Shown: positions 1 through 8,472 of the stretch, piece after piece
How positions within the stretch are numbered: position 1 is the stretch's first letter
Layout of the letters: every line of letters starts with the position of its first letter
From: Planctomycetota bacterium
GTDB lineage: Bacteria; Planctomycetota; B15-G4; SIAN01
Direction of reading: 5' to 3'
DNA length: 22,666 nucleotides
NCBI GenBank assembly: GCA_031409275.1
Contig: JANNXA010000021.1
Span: 1-22,666, forward strand
The notes under the pieces: model-generated
What the model was told of the DNA's origin: nothing
What the model saw: only the letters and a program-made list of their open reading frames with translations
Database searches by the model: none
Position numbers and translations under genes: made by a program

Positions 1-1
1 A

Positions 2-313
2 CGACGGACGGCCCACATCCCGAAGGATCCCGACGATGTGGTCGAGGCAACCCTTGGTCCGATCCGCTCGATGGCGACGCTGCTGCGCGACCCGGCGACC
101 TCGCTCGATCGGCGGCGTGAGATCCTGCGGCGACTGCTGCCAGCGGGACCCAATGGCGAGCGGCCGATCCGGGTGGAGTTCGACCTGAACTCGGGGCGCG
201 GCTGGAGGCGGGCGATGCGCCGCGCGACGGTGCGGCACCTGACGATTCGGGCCGCGAAGGTGACCAACGTGGTAGCGGGGGTAGGATTCGAACCTACGAC
301 CTCCGGGTTATGA
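2..313 (+). CDS. 5'-truncated ORF, possibly the C-terminus of a large serine recombinase/integrase, reading antisense into the tRNA 3' half
   Basis: Frame is open from position 2 to TGA 311-313. The segment LLRDPATSLDRRREILRRLL...PIRVEFD resembles the helical tail plus I-x-V strand of large serine recombinases. The last residues (VAGVGFEPTTSGL) are the antisense translation of the tRNA. The catalytic domain is not in the window. Confidence 0.4.
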   Translation, partial: RRTAHIPKDPDDVVEATLGPIRSMATLLRDPATSLDRRREILRRLLPAGPNGERPIRVEFDLNSGRGWRRAMRRATVRHLTIRAAKVTNVVAGVGFEPTTSGL

Positions 314-345
314 GCCCGACGAGCTGCCAGCTGCTCCACCCCGCG
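270..345 (-). tRNA. initiator tRNA-fMet (CAT)
   Basis: Reverse complement cgcggggtggagcagctggcagctcgtcgggctCATaacccggaggtcgtaggttcgaatcctacccccgctacca is 76 nt, with a GTTCGAATC T-loop, encoded CCA, an unpaired C1:U72 and three consecutive G:C pairs in the anticodon stem (initiator determinants). Confidence 0.97.
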
Positions 346-407
346 TCACTTGCTCTGGCTGCCTTCGAGGGTCTTGCCTTGCGGCTTGGCCGATCGAAGG
401 ACGCGGG

Positions 408-436
408 ACTGTACGGTCGCCGTGGCGCCTTATCAA
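408..436 (-). promoter_or_regulatory. sigma70-type promoter of the tRNA-fMet gene
   Basis: Minus strand TTGATA (436-431), 17-nt spacer, TACAGT (413-408), then a GC-rich discriminator (cccgcg), about 60 nt upstream of the tRNA. Confidence 0.75.
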
Positions 437-487
437 GCACACGGTCGCTCGAGAACTCGGCGGCGATCGCTTCAGTGGAGCGCTCGT

Positions 488-757
488 TCAGCCGGGCGGG
501 CCCGCGAGCGAGCCGGGCGGCGGGAGCCACCCGAGCAGCACCAGCAGGATCAGCGTCGCGGCGGCAATCGCCCCGAGCGCGATCGCCACCGCCCCGCCGA
601 GGGCCGCGCCGGCGAACTGCGGTTGCTCGCGCGCCACCCTTCGGGCGAGCCCGAAGACGATCGCGGGAACGACGATCATGGAGGCGAAGAGGGCGAGGAA
701 CGCGAATGGCAGGCAGTCATTCAGCGTCCGTTCGGTCAACGCAAGGCGGCTGTCCAA
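488..757 (-). CDS. small membrane protein, two predicted TM helices (start uncertain; alternative in-frame ATG at 679)
   Basis: Two hydrophobic stretches (LPFAFLALFASMIVVPAIVFGL; AALGGAVAIALGAIAAATLILLVLLGWL) separated by a basic loop. No family recognised. Confidence 0.5.
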   Translation of the reverse strand: MDSRLALTERTLNDCLPFAFLALFASMIVVPAIVFGLARRVAREQPQFAGAALGGAVAIALGAIAAATLILLVLLGWLPPPGSLAGPPG

Positions 758-1203
758 GCAAGTCCCTCCGGCGCGCTCGTTCCGCGGCGTGCCCCCGCTG
801 CCGCTGACGGCCGCGCATCGAGAGCACGGCCGCGCCTACGCGGCGTACGCCTTCGACGTTCGGCGCGCGCGAACGCGGTCACGGCACCGCCGTGCGTGAA
901 GGAACGCCGCGCATTCGCCGTCGCCCCTCCGTCGTTCGAGCATCGCCGCAGCACCCCACCGAATCCGCGATCACCCGCCATAACCGACGGATCACAATGG
1001 ACTTAAGCGACCGATCGGTACGTCGTAAGCGCGCCTCGTGGTGGAGACTCGACCCGTATTCGAACGCGCCGTTGGTGGGACCGCCGTGCCGTCGAGTCCC
1101 GCCGTTGCGGACCGGCGGCGGCGCCACGCTCCGCCCGCGGCGGCCGCGCGCCGCAGAAAGTTCGCGGTCGGCTTTCGAGCGACGTCGTTAACGTCCCCGT
1201 TCC

Positions 1204-2187
1204 ATGGCAACGGAAACGCAGCTCAACGAGCATCGCATCGCGGCGTTCTTCGACTTCGAGAACATCATCCAGGGCGTCCGCGACGCCAACTATGACCGCT
1301 TCAGGCTCGAGCTGATCCTCGACCGCTTGGTCGAGAAGGGCAAGATCATCTACAAGCGCGCCTACTGCGATTGGGGGCGCTTCCGTGACAACAAGAACGA
1401 CTTCCACGAGGCGTCGGTCGAGCTGATCGACATCCCGACCAAGCGCATCAGCGGCAAGAACTCGGCCGACATCCGCATGGTCGTCGACGCGCTCGATCTC
1501 TGCTACCAGCGCGAGCACATCACGGCCTTCGCGCTCATCACCGGCGACAGCGACTTCTCGCCGCTGGTGAACAAACTGAACGAGTACAACAAGCACGTCA
1601 TCGGCATCGGCGTGAAGAACTCGACGTCCGAGCTGCTGGTCTCCGTGTGCGACGAGTTCATCTTCTACGAGGACCTCGTCCGCGAGAAGACGCGCCTGCG
1701 TCAGCAGCAGCAGCAGCGCCCGGCCGCACCGCAGGCCACCACCGCGGTGAAGAGCGACGGCGACAACGGCAAGCAGAGCGAGCTGTTCGAGCTGATGATG
1801 GACGCCTTCGCGGCACTGCAGCGCGAGAACTACGAGCACGTCTGGGGCTCGATGATCAAGCAGCAGATCAAGCGCAAGAAGCCGCAATTCACCGAGGCCT
1901 ACTTCGGCTTCCGCAACTTCTCCGACGTGCTCGAAGCGGCGAAGAAGGCCGGCCTCGTCGACTTGAAGCGCGACGCCCGCAGCGGCAGCTACGTGGTCCT
2001 CGAGCTCGGCGGCGGCAGCGGAAGTGGTGGCAGCAGCGGAAACGTCTCGGCGCCGCCCACCGTGGGCCCGCCGCAGACGCCCGGCAACGGTGGCCAAGGG
2101 AACTTCTCGGCACCGCCAACGCCACCACAGCCCCCCGCGTCCGCTCCGCCGATGCTGTTCGGGCCGATGGGCGAACCGCTCTCCTGA
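1204..2187 (+). CDS. NYN domain (LabA/DUF88, PIN-like) protein with C-terminal OST-HTH/LOTUS domain
   Basis: NYN motifs IAAFFDFENI, KNSADIRMVVDALDL, LITGDSDFSPLV, VIGIG and CDEFIFYEDL. LOTUS-like WGSMIKQQIKRKKPQFTEAYFGFRNFSDVLE. Gly/Pro-rich tail. Confidence 0.93.
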   Translation: MATETQLNEHRIAAFFDFENIIQGVRDANYDRFRLELILDRLVEKGKIIYKRAYCDWGRFRDNKNDFHEASVELIDIPTKRISGKNSADIRMVVDALDLCYQREHITAFALITGDSDFSPLVNKLNEYNKHVIGIGVKNSTSELLVSVCDEFIFYEDLVREKTRLRQQQQQRPAAPQATTAVKSDGDNGKQSELFELMMDAFAALQRENYEHVWGSMIKQQIKRKKPQFTEAYFGFRNFSDVLEAAKKAGLVDLKRDARSGSYVVLELGGGSGSGGSSGNVSAPPTVGPPQTPGNGGQGNFSAPPTPPQPPASAPPMLFGPMGEPLS

Positions 2188-2207
2188 GCCGGCGCGCGTC
2201 CGGTCGC

Positions 2208-4598
2208 TCAACGCTGCGGCGGCGGCTCGTCGAGCTGTTCGAGCGCAGCGCGCGTCGCGAAGTCGAGGCGTTCGAACGGACGCGCCACTGCGTCCTCGAT
2301 CGCGAGCTGGTGCCATCGAAGCAGTCGGGCGAGCAGTTGGCGTTGGCGCACAGCGACATCGTCACCGGCATGCGCTCCGACGTACTCGACGATGCGTCCG
2401 TCGAGCGTGCTGACGAGCCGCTCCTCGTCGCTTTCGATCCCGATCAACTCGACCGTCCCGGCGCCATCGGGAAGCATCCCGCGCGCGGTGTGGAAGAAGG
2501 CGAACTTCGGTGCGCGCTCGCTCCATGGCGGAAGCACCACTGCGGCCGCACGACCTGGCGCCGGCGTCCCCGCAAGCTCGGCGAGCGTGGCCGCGAGGAC
2601 CGACACGTCCGTGATCTCGGAGATCCGCTGCGCTTTGCGACGCGGGTCACGGATCAGCAGCGGAACGCGGCGCAACTCCGGCGCAAGCGAACTTCCGGCC
2701 GGCGCCGGAGCCCCCGCTGCCAGCGTCTCGCCGTAGGAGCCGGTCACCACGATCACGGTCCGATCGAGCATGCCCTGCTTCTTCAGCTGGAAGACGACCC
2801 GCGCAACCTGCTCGTCGAGCGAGCGAACCTCGCCGTCGTAGAGGCCGATCCACGACGACTCGGGCAGGCGCGGGAGGACATCCTCCTCCGCCATGACGGG
2901 CGCGCGAGCGCGTGACGGATCGGCGCGCGCCGAACGCAGCAGGCGCAGGTCATTGACCGCACGTCGCATCGACGCCGCGTCCTCGGCCGGCACGAATCGC
3001 TCGGCGATCGACTGCGGCGGATTGAACGGCCGGTGCGGATCGTGGAAGTGGAGGAACGCGAAGAACTGCCATCCGCCGTAGCGACGCACCCAATCCTCGA
3101 ACTGCTCCGAAAGCCGACGGCCGTCCTGGAGCGGGTACTCGCGCCAATCCTCGAAGCCCTGATCGAAGTTCTTCGAGCGATCGATCAGCGGATTGGCGGT
3201 CGTGCCAAGCGTGGTGCATCCGTGCGCCGCGAGGTGCTCGGGCAGCGTGCGCAGCGAATCGCTGAGGAAGCAGCGGTCGAGGTCGTCGACGCCGTGGGTC
3301 GGCGGCGGCAGGCCGGTGAGCAGCGTGGCGATGGCCGGCCATCCCCAGGTCGCCGGCGCGCGCGCCTGCTCGAAGAGGATCGACTCGGCGGCGAGCGCGT
3401 CGATCGCGGGCGACGTCGCGATGGGATAGCCGTAGCAGCCGAGATGATCCGCGCGCAGCGCGTCGGCGACGATCAGCACGACGTTCATGCGCTCCTGCGA
3501 CGCCAGGACACGCGGCCGCCATTCGCGCCGCACGACGCGCGGCCGTCCGAAGCCGACGCGCATCTCCTCGAGGCGCAACCCGTCCCCGCGCACCGACATC
3601 GCGATGGTCGCCCGCCGCTCGATCACGTCGTTCAGCTCGATGGCGGCGTCGATCCAGCAGCGGTCTTCCCGACGTTCCTGCGGTCGCAAGCTCGTCGTCT
3701 GCGCCTCGACGCCGTCGATCGCGACCGCGAACGTCAGGTACTGCGGCGGCGGATCGACCTCGATGCAGCAGCTGCGATCGACGCCGATGCTGAAGCGAAG
3801 CGTCGAGTGACGCGGCAGGTCGACGACGAACTCGACGCTCGATCCGACCGGCATCAGCAGCGACGGCTGGTTGCCGCCCTCCACCCGCTCGCCCCGCTCC
3901 GCGAGAAGGGATCCGACCGTCGGCAGGCGCCCACCATCGCCTGGACGGCAGGCAGCCTCGGGAAGCTCGTCGAGCAGGTCGACGACGATCGTCTCGAGTT
4001 CCATGTTGCTGCGCCGCGTCTGCAGCAGCGCGACGACGGTCGCCAACCCGCCGCCGCCAACCAGCATGGCGACCGCCGTCACCAGGAACCGGGTCGCCGG
4101 CTGCAACTGGAAGAACAGGCGCCGCGGCGACAGCGCGTACCGATCGAGCGCCGCCAGCAGCAGCGCCGCCGACCCCACCGCGAACCAGCCCTGGAAGCCG
4201 CGCGCCGAGTCGATCCCGGGGGTGTAGCGCGGCTCGCCGTCGGGCCACCCCGCCAGCGCGGCGAAGCTCGCCGCCGTCACCAACAGCGCGCGCACGAGCG
4301 CGAAGTGCCACGACTTCCCGCGCGGCAGGATCGCCAGCGGCGGAACCATCCACCAGACCGTCCCGGTCGCTTCGACGACGTGTTCGACGAAGTGCTCCGC
4401 GAGCAGGCGACCGTGCTCGCCATCAGCCGTCGCGTCGACCACGCCTTGAAGCAGCGCGCGCGCCAGCGCAACGCCGAACGCCAGCCAGAGCGCGACGATC
4501 AGCCGATCGCCGAGCGTCACGATCGACCGTTGCCCCGTCGCGTCGGCCCGGTTCGGGTCGGTGGTTGGCTCGGCCGCGCTGGCGTTGACCGGGATCAT
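2208..4598 (-). CDS. membrane-anchored sulfatase-like (alkaline phosphatase superfamily) protein with degenerate active site
   Basis: ATG at 4598 is in frame with the 992-aa ORF. N-terminal TM helices, a beta-rich middle domain, then MNVVLIVADALRADHLGCYGY, TLLTG..P..HG, FDQGF, HFHDPH, YDGEV...D and RVPLLI. Confidence 0.85.
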   Translation of the reverse strand: MIPVNASAAEPTTDPNRADATGQRSIVTLGDRLIVALWLAFGVALARALLQGVVDATADGEHGRLLAEHFVEHVVEATGTVWWMVPPLAILPRGKSWHFALVRALLVTAASFAALAGWPDGEPRYTPGIDSARGFQGWFAVGSAALLLAALDRYALSPRRLFFQLQPATRFLVTAVAMLVGGGGLATVVALLQTRRSNMELETIVVDLLDELPEAACRPGDGGRLPTVGSLLAERGERVEGGNQPSLLMPVGSSVEFVVDLPRHSTLRFSIGVDRSCCIEVDPPPQYLTFAVAIDGVEAQTTSLRPQERREDRCWIDAAIELNDVIERRATIAMSVRGDGLRLEEMRVGFGRPRVVRREWRPRVLASQERMNVVLIVADALRADHLGCYGYPIATSPAIDALAAESILFEQARAPATWGWPAIATLLTGLPPPTHGVDDLDRCFLSDSLRTLPEHLAAHGCTTLGTTANPLIDRSKNFDQGFEDWREYPLQDGRRLSEQFEDWVRRYGGWQFFAFLHFHDPHRPFNPPQSIAERFVPAEDAASMRRAVNDLRLLRSARADPSRARAPVMAEEDVLPRLPESSWIGLYDGEVRSLDEQVARVVFQLKKQGMLDRTVIVVTGSYGETLAAGAPAPAGSSLAPELRRVPLLIRDPRRKAQRISEITDVSVLAATLAELAGTPAPGRAAAVVLPPWSERAPKFAFFHTARGMLPDGAGTVELIGIESDEERLVSTLDGRIVEYVGAHAGDDVAVRQRQLLARLLRWHQLAIEDAVARPFERLDFATRAALEQLDEPPPQR

Positions 4599-4608
4599 GA
4601 GGCCCTCG

Positions 4609-4618
4609 ACGCTACCAT
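4609..4618. promoter_or_regulatory. candidate bidirectional promoter with overlapping -10 hexamers
   Basis: TACCAT on + (4613-4618) and TGn-TAGCGT on - (4614-4609) share the central TA. Each is exactly 10 nt from the ATG of its divergent gene. Confidence 0.5.
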
Positions 4619-4628
4619 CGCCGCCTCG

Positions 4629-5738
4629 ATGACCGCCGCCCAGCCACCCGCGCCGCTCTCCTGGAAGGCGCTCGCCGCCTTGACGCTGCTGGCTGCGCTG
4701 CTCCGGCTGCCGGGCCTCGCCGCGCTGCCGTTCGCGCCGGAAGAGAGCCCGCGCGCGCTCCCGTGGATCGAAGCGTGGCTCGGTCGCGGGACGCTCGCGG
4801 CGCGCGCGCTGCCCTTCGCATGCGCGCTGCTGGCCGTGCCATGGGTGGCAAGTGCGCTGGCGTCGCGGGCCGGCGCGACCGCAGGGTGGGTCGCCGCGCT
4901 GCTCGTCGCCGCATCGCCCTGGCACCTCCACGCCGCGCGCCTCGCCACATTGGACAGCGCGTTGTTCCTGGCGAGCAGTGTCGCGCTCGCGCTCTTGCTT
5001 CCGACCGCGAACTCGCCGCGACGCCGCTTGGCACTCGTCAGCGGGACGATCGCCGCGGCGATCGCCTTCGCGCTGTACGCGTCGCTGCCGCAAAGTGCCG
5101 GAGCGCGAGCCTTTGCTCCGCTGCTGATCGGCGACCTCGGGTTGGGGGTGCTGCTGCTCTCCTTTTTCGCGTTGTGGTTGCGCCAACCGGTGGCCGGGGC
5201 GCGACGCGCCCTGCTGCTCGGTGGCTCCCTGCTACTGGCGGCCGGCGGGACCGCGCCCTTGCTGCGCAGCAGCGCGCCAGCGGTCGCCGCGTTGCTGCTC
5301 GCCGCCGCGCTCGTGCTGGCCAAGCTGCTCGACGCGACCGAAAGCCGGCGCGCGCAACTGGCGTTGTGGGCGATGGCGCTCGTGCCCGGACTCCCGACGC
5401 TGATCTCCGAGCATCTCGATGGCGGTCGCTACGAGCTGCGTCCGCTGGCGGCGGCGCTTGCTTCGGAACGCCACGCCAACGAGCCGCTCTTCGCGCACTC
5501 GCCCGACTTCGTCGCACGCGAACTCCACGTCGCCGCGAGCCCGCTCGCCGAGCTGATCGACACGCCTCCCGCCACGGGATTCGTGCTGCTGCTGCTCGAT
5601 CGCGGCGCTCCGAGCGCCGACCCGCCACTGCCACCCGAGCTCGAAGCACGGCTCTCCCTGGTGGCGCGCACCGCGGCGCGCCGCTTCGACCTGTCGCGCT
5701 ACGAGGCGCGCCTCTATCGATGGGTGGCGGATCGATGA
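4629..5738 (+). CDS. polytopic membrane protein, GT-C (ArnT/PMT-like) glycosyltransferase-like
   Basis: ALLRLPGL...PEE at the position of the GT-C DE loop motif, and AALLVAASPWHLHAAR resembling the ArnT/PMT-type ALL.A.SP.H...SR motif. Many TM helices and a short soluble C-terminal domain. The stop overlaps the ruvX start (ATGA). Confidence 0.6.
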   Translation: MTAAQPPAPLSWKALAALTLLAALLRLPGLAALPFAPEESPRALPWIEAWLGRGTLAARALPFACALLAVPWVASALASRAGATAGWVAALLVAASPWHLHAARLATLDSALFLASSVALALLLPTANSPRRRLALVSGTIAAAIAFALYASLPQSAGARAFAPLLIGDLGLGVLLLSFFALWLRQPVAGARRALLLGGSLLLAAGGTAPLLRSSAPAVAALLLAAALVLAKLLDATESRRAQLALWAMALVPGLPTLISEHLDGGRYELRPLAAALASERHANEPLFAHSPDFVARELHVAASPLAELIDTPPATGFVLLLLDRGAPSADPPLPPELEARLSLVARTAARRFDLSRYEARLYRWVADR

Positions 5739-6172
5739 GCGCCCCCGGCCGCCGCCTCGCGATCGACTACGGCAGGAAGCGCATCGGATTGGCGATCTGC
5801 GATGGCCTCGGATTGACCACGCGGCCGCTGCCGCTGCTGGAGAGCACGACGCTGGAGGCCGACCTGAAGGCGCTCGCTCGCGTCATCGCCGACGAGGAGA
5901 TCGTCGGGGTGGTGATCGGGATCCCGTTCCAGCTCGACGGGCAGGAAGGGCGCGCCGCGCAGGAGGTGAAGCTCTTCGCCGCCGTCGTGCGCGAGCGATT
6001 GGCGTTGACCGTCGATGAGGTCGACGAGCGCCTCTCCACCAAGGCGGCGCATGCGCTGCTCAAGGATGCCGGCCAGAAGCATGCGCAGCGACGCGGCCGC
6101 ATCGACAGCACGGCCGCCTTGCTGATCCTGAAGAGCTGGCTCGAACGCCGGAAGCACGCGCCGCCGGCGTGA
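5735..6172 (+). CDS. ruvX: Holliday junction resolvase-like RuvX / pre-16S rRNA nuclease YqgF
   Basis: LAIDYGRKRIGLA, VVIGIP, VDERLST and IDSTAALLIL motifs; 145 aa. Confidence 0.95.
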   Translation: MSAPGRRLAIDYGRKRIGLAICDGLGLTTRPLPLLESTTLEADLKALARVIADEEIVGVVIGIPFQLDGQEGRAAQEVKLFAAVVRERLALTVDEVDERLSTKAAHALLKDAGQKHAQRRGRIDSTAALLILKSWLERRKHAPPA

Positions 6173-6200
6173 ACGCGGCTCGCAAGCGACCCGCCGCCGA

Positions 6201-8375
6201 CTAGCGCTTCTGGAACTGGCCGCCCGAGTCCTCGGCGAGGCCGTAGAGCAGCGCCACGTTGGGCGCTTCACCGACGCCGATCGCGTGGATGCGGATGCGC
6301 GACAGCTTGTTCCATTCGCGGACGAGGCGGCGGATCTCGATCGGGTCCTGGATCTCCCCCACCGTCGCGTCGCCGTCCGAAAGGAAGAAGAGCGTGTCGA
6401 CCGCCGCGTCGTAGGCCGCGTCGCGCGCGCCCATGCCCGCGATCGTGAACGCCTCCTTCAGGCCGGCGTGGATGTTGGTGCCCTGGTCGAGCTCGATCTT
6501 CGACTCGATCCACTCCGTCGCCTTCTGCTTCACGGCGTTGCTGACGGTGGAGAGCTTCGCCGACCAGCGCGTGGCCGAGCCGGCGAACAGGACGATCGAG
6601 AACTGGTCGCCGTCGGAAAGACCGGCGATCGCCTGCTTCAGCTGCTCTTTCGCCACGTCGATCTTGGTGCGCGTGCTCTTCGCGCTGATCGGCTCGCGCA
6701 TGCTGAGGCTCACGTCGAGCACGAAGCAGACGCGCTTCGACACCGAGGTGATGCCGTAGAAGGAGACCTTGCCTTCGCCCTGCTGTTCCCACGCCGCGAC
6801 GTGCTTCTGCCGCCGCTGCGCCGCATCGGCGAGGACGAAGGTGGCGCCATTGGCGTCCCACCACTGCTGCCAGATCGGCGCGCTCATCGCGAAGCCCTGC
6901 CCGGTCAGGAGCTGCAGCGCTTCGGTGATGTCCTCGCGCACGCGCCCCTGCTCGACTTCGAGGGCCCGGATCAGCGGCGGAATCGAGTCCTTCTCCGGCA
7001 CGCGCGCGAGCGCCGCGACCGCCGCCGCGCGCACCCGCCAGTTCTCGTGCGACAGCAGCCGCGAGCGCGCCACCTCGACCGCCGCCGGATCGCGCAGGTC
7101 GACCAGCGCCTCGAGCGCCGCGATGCGCGCCTTGATGTCGCGGTCGTCGACCAGCAGCTTGCGCAGCGCCTCGCGCACGGCGGGCAGATCGGCCGCGCCG
7201 CACCCCTCCAGCACGCCGACGCGCGTCTCGAGGTCGCGCTCGCCGCGAGCCGCCGTCAGGAGCGTGCTCACCCCTTTGTCGCGCTTCGCCCCCTCCGGCA
7301 GCGACGCGACCGCGGGCCCCACCGCGCGCGCACACGCATCGCGCAGCCGCTCGAGCGCGAGCGCCGCCGCCGTCGCGTCGAGGACCTGCTTCTGGCTCGA
7401 GTCGAAGGCGTTCTTGACGGCGACGCTGATGGTGCCGGTCTTCTGCCCCTGCTCGGTCGCGCGGAAGTACTGCTCCTTCGCCTTCTCGTAGACCTCGCGC
7501 AACTTGACGAGGTCGGCGTCGCCCTTCTTCAGCGCGCGCGACATCTCGAGCGCCACGCCGAGCAGTTCACCCGGCACCTCCTCGCGGCCGAGGCGCGCAT
7601 AGAGGTTGACCCAGAGCGCACGCTCGCCCGCTTCCGCGCGTCCATCGACTCTCCGCTCGAGCTGCTTCAGCGCCGCGTCGACCTCGCTGCCGCGGGCGCT
7701 CCGCAGCACGCGCCCGGTCGCCTCGACGAGTTGCTGACGTGCCGACCGCTGCAGTTCGAGGAGCAGCGTGGTGCGCGCCACCTTCGTCTGCAGTTCGAGC
7801 TTCTCGCTCGAGAGCTTGTCGATCTCGGAGGCGTCGCCCTTCTCCTGCTCGAGCGAGTAGACGCGCGACGAGAGTTGCGCGAGCGTGCCCTTCTGCTGCT
7901 CGTCTTCGCGCTCGAGCTCGCCGATGCGGCGACTCGAGGACTCGTAGGCTTCGATCAACGTCGGCACCGCCGCGCTCTTGGCCGCGACCGCAAGCGCGTC
8001 CAGCAGCGTCGGCACGCCATGAGCCACGGCGTCGAGCATCTGCTGCTGCGCGGTGCCGCTCTCGCGAGCGCCGTCCAACACGCCCTTCTTGTCTTCCGCG
8101 CCCGACGCGTCGCCCTTCTGCGCCGCTTCGAACGCGCGTTGCGCCCGCGCCGCTTCGACTTCGCTCTTGCCAAGGAGTTCGCCGTAGCGATCGAGCGCCG
8201 TGAAGAGGAGCGGCAGCGCTTCGGGGCGTGCGGCGGCGCAGACCGCGGCGATCGCCTCCTGCGCAACACCCGCGTCGTGATTGCTGCCGGTCAACGCCGA
8301 ACGCAGCTTCTCGACCTCGCCCTCACCGGCGAAGCCGGCCACCCACAGCACGACGAGGGGCAGGAGTGCGCGCAT
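6201..8375 (-). CDS. exported HEAT-repeat / coiled-coil protein with C-terminal von Willebrand A domain
   Basis: Signal peptide MRALLPLVVLWVAGFAG. HEAT-like repeats (WRVRAAAVAALA, GRVREDITEALQLLTG). VWA with intact MIDAS residues (FVLDVSLSM, GTN, FLSDG). GAGGA SD upstream. Confidence 0.88.
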   Translation of the reverse strand: MRALLPLVVLWVAGFAGEGEVEKLRSALTGSNHDAGVAQEAIAAVCAAARPEALPLLFTALDRYGELLGKSEVEAARAQRAFEAAQKGDASGAEDKKGVLDGARESGTAQQQMLDAVAHGVPTLLDALAVAAKSAAVPTLIEAYESSSRRIGELEREDEQQKGTLAQLSSRVYSLEQEKGDASEIDKLSSEKLELQTKVARTTLLLELQRSARQQLVEATGRVLRSARGSEVDAALKQLERRVDGRAEAGERALWVNLYARLGREEVPGELLGVALEMSRALKKGDADLVKLREVYEKAKEQYFRATEQGQKTGTISVAVKNAFDSSQKQVLDATAAALALERLRDACARAVGPAVASLPEGAKRDKGVSTLLTAARGERDLETRVGVLEGCGAADLPAVREALRKLLVDDRDIKARIAALEALVDLRDPAAVEVARSRLLSHENWRVRAAAVAALARVPEKDSIPPLIRALEVEQGRVREDITEALQLLTGQGFAMSAPIWQQWWDANGATFVLADAAQRRQKHVAAWEQQGEGKVSFYGITSVSKRVCFVLDVSLSMREPISAKSTRTKIDVAKEQLKQAIAGLSDGDQFSIVLFAGSATRWSAKLSTVSNAVKQKATEWIESKIELDQGTNIHAGLKEAFTIAGMGARDAAYDAAVDTLFFLSDGDATVGEIQDPIEIRRLVREWNKLSRIRIHAIGVGEAPNVALLYGLAEDSGGQFQKR

Positions 8376-8472
8376 GCGGCGGTTCCTCTACGGTGCGTCT
8401 GGGGTCGGGGCGACGACGGCGGGCACGCTCGCCGCCTCCTGCGGTGCGCACCGCGCGTCCAAAGCGGCCGCC

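Noticed and set aside
362..400. Stem-loop (ccttcga/tcgaagg with a GCAA tetraloop) upstream of the tRNA as a separate sRNA
   Set aside because: It lies between the promoter and the tRNA, consistent with an ordinary precursor leader.
882..895. sigma54-like CGGCAC...GTGC upstream of the NYN gene
   Set aside because: Spacing is GG-N9-GC rather than N10; the sequence is better explained as a small inverted repeat.
3033..5186. Apparent long overlap between the 992-aa and 901-aa ORFs
   Set aside because: Both extensions are shadows of each other; the plausible starts are 4598 (-) and 4629 (+).
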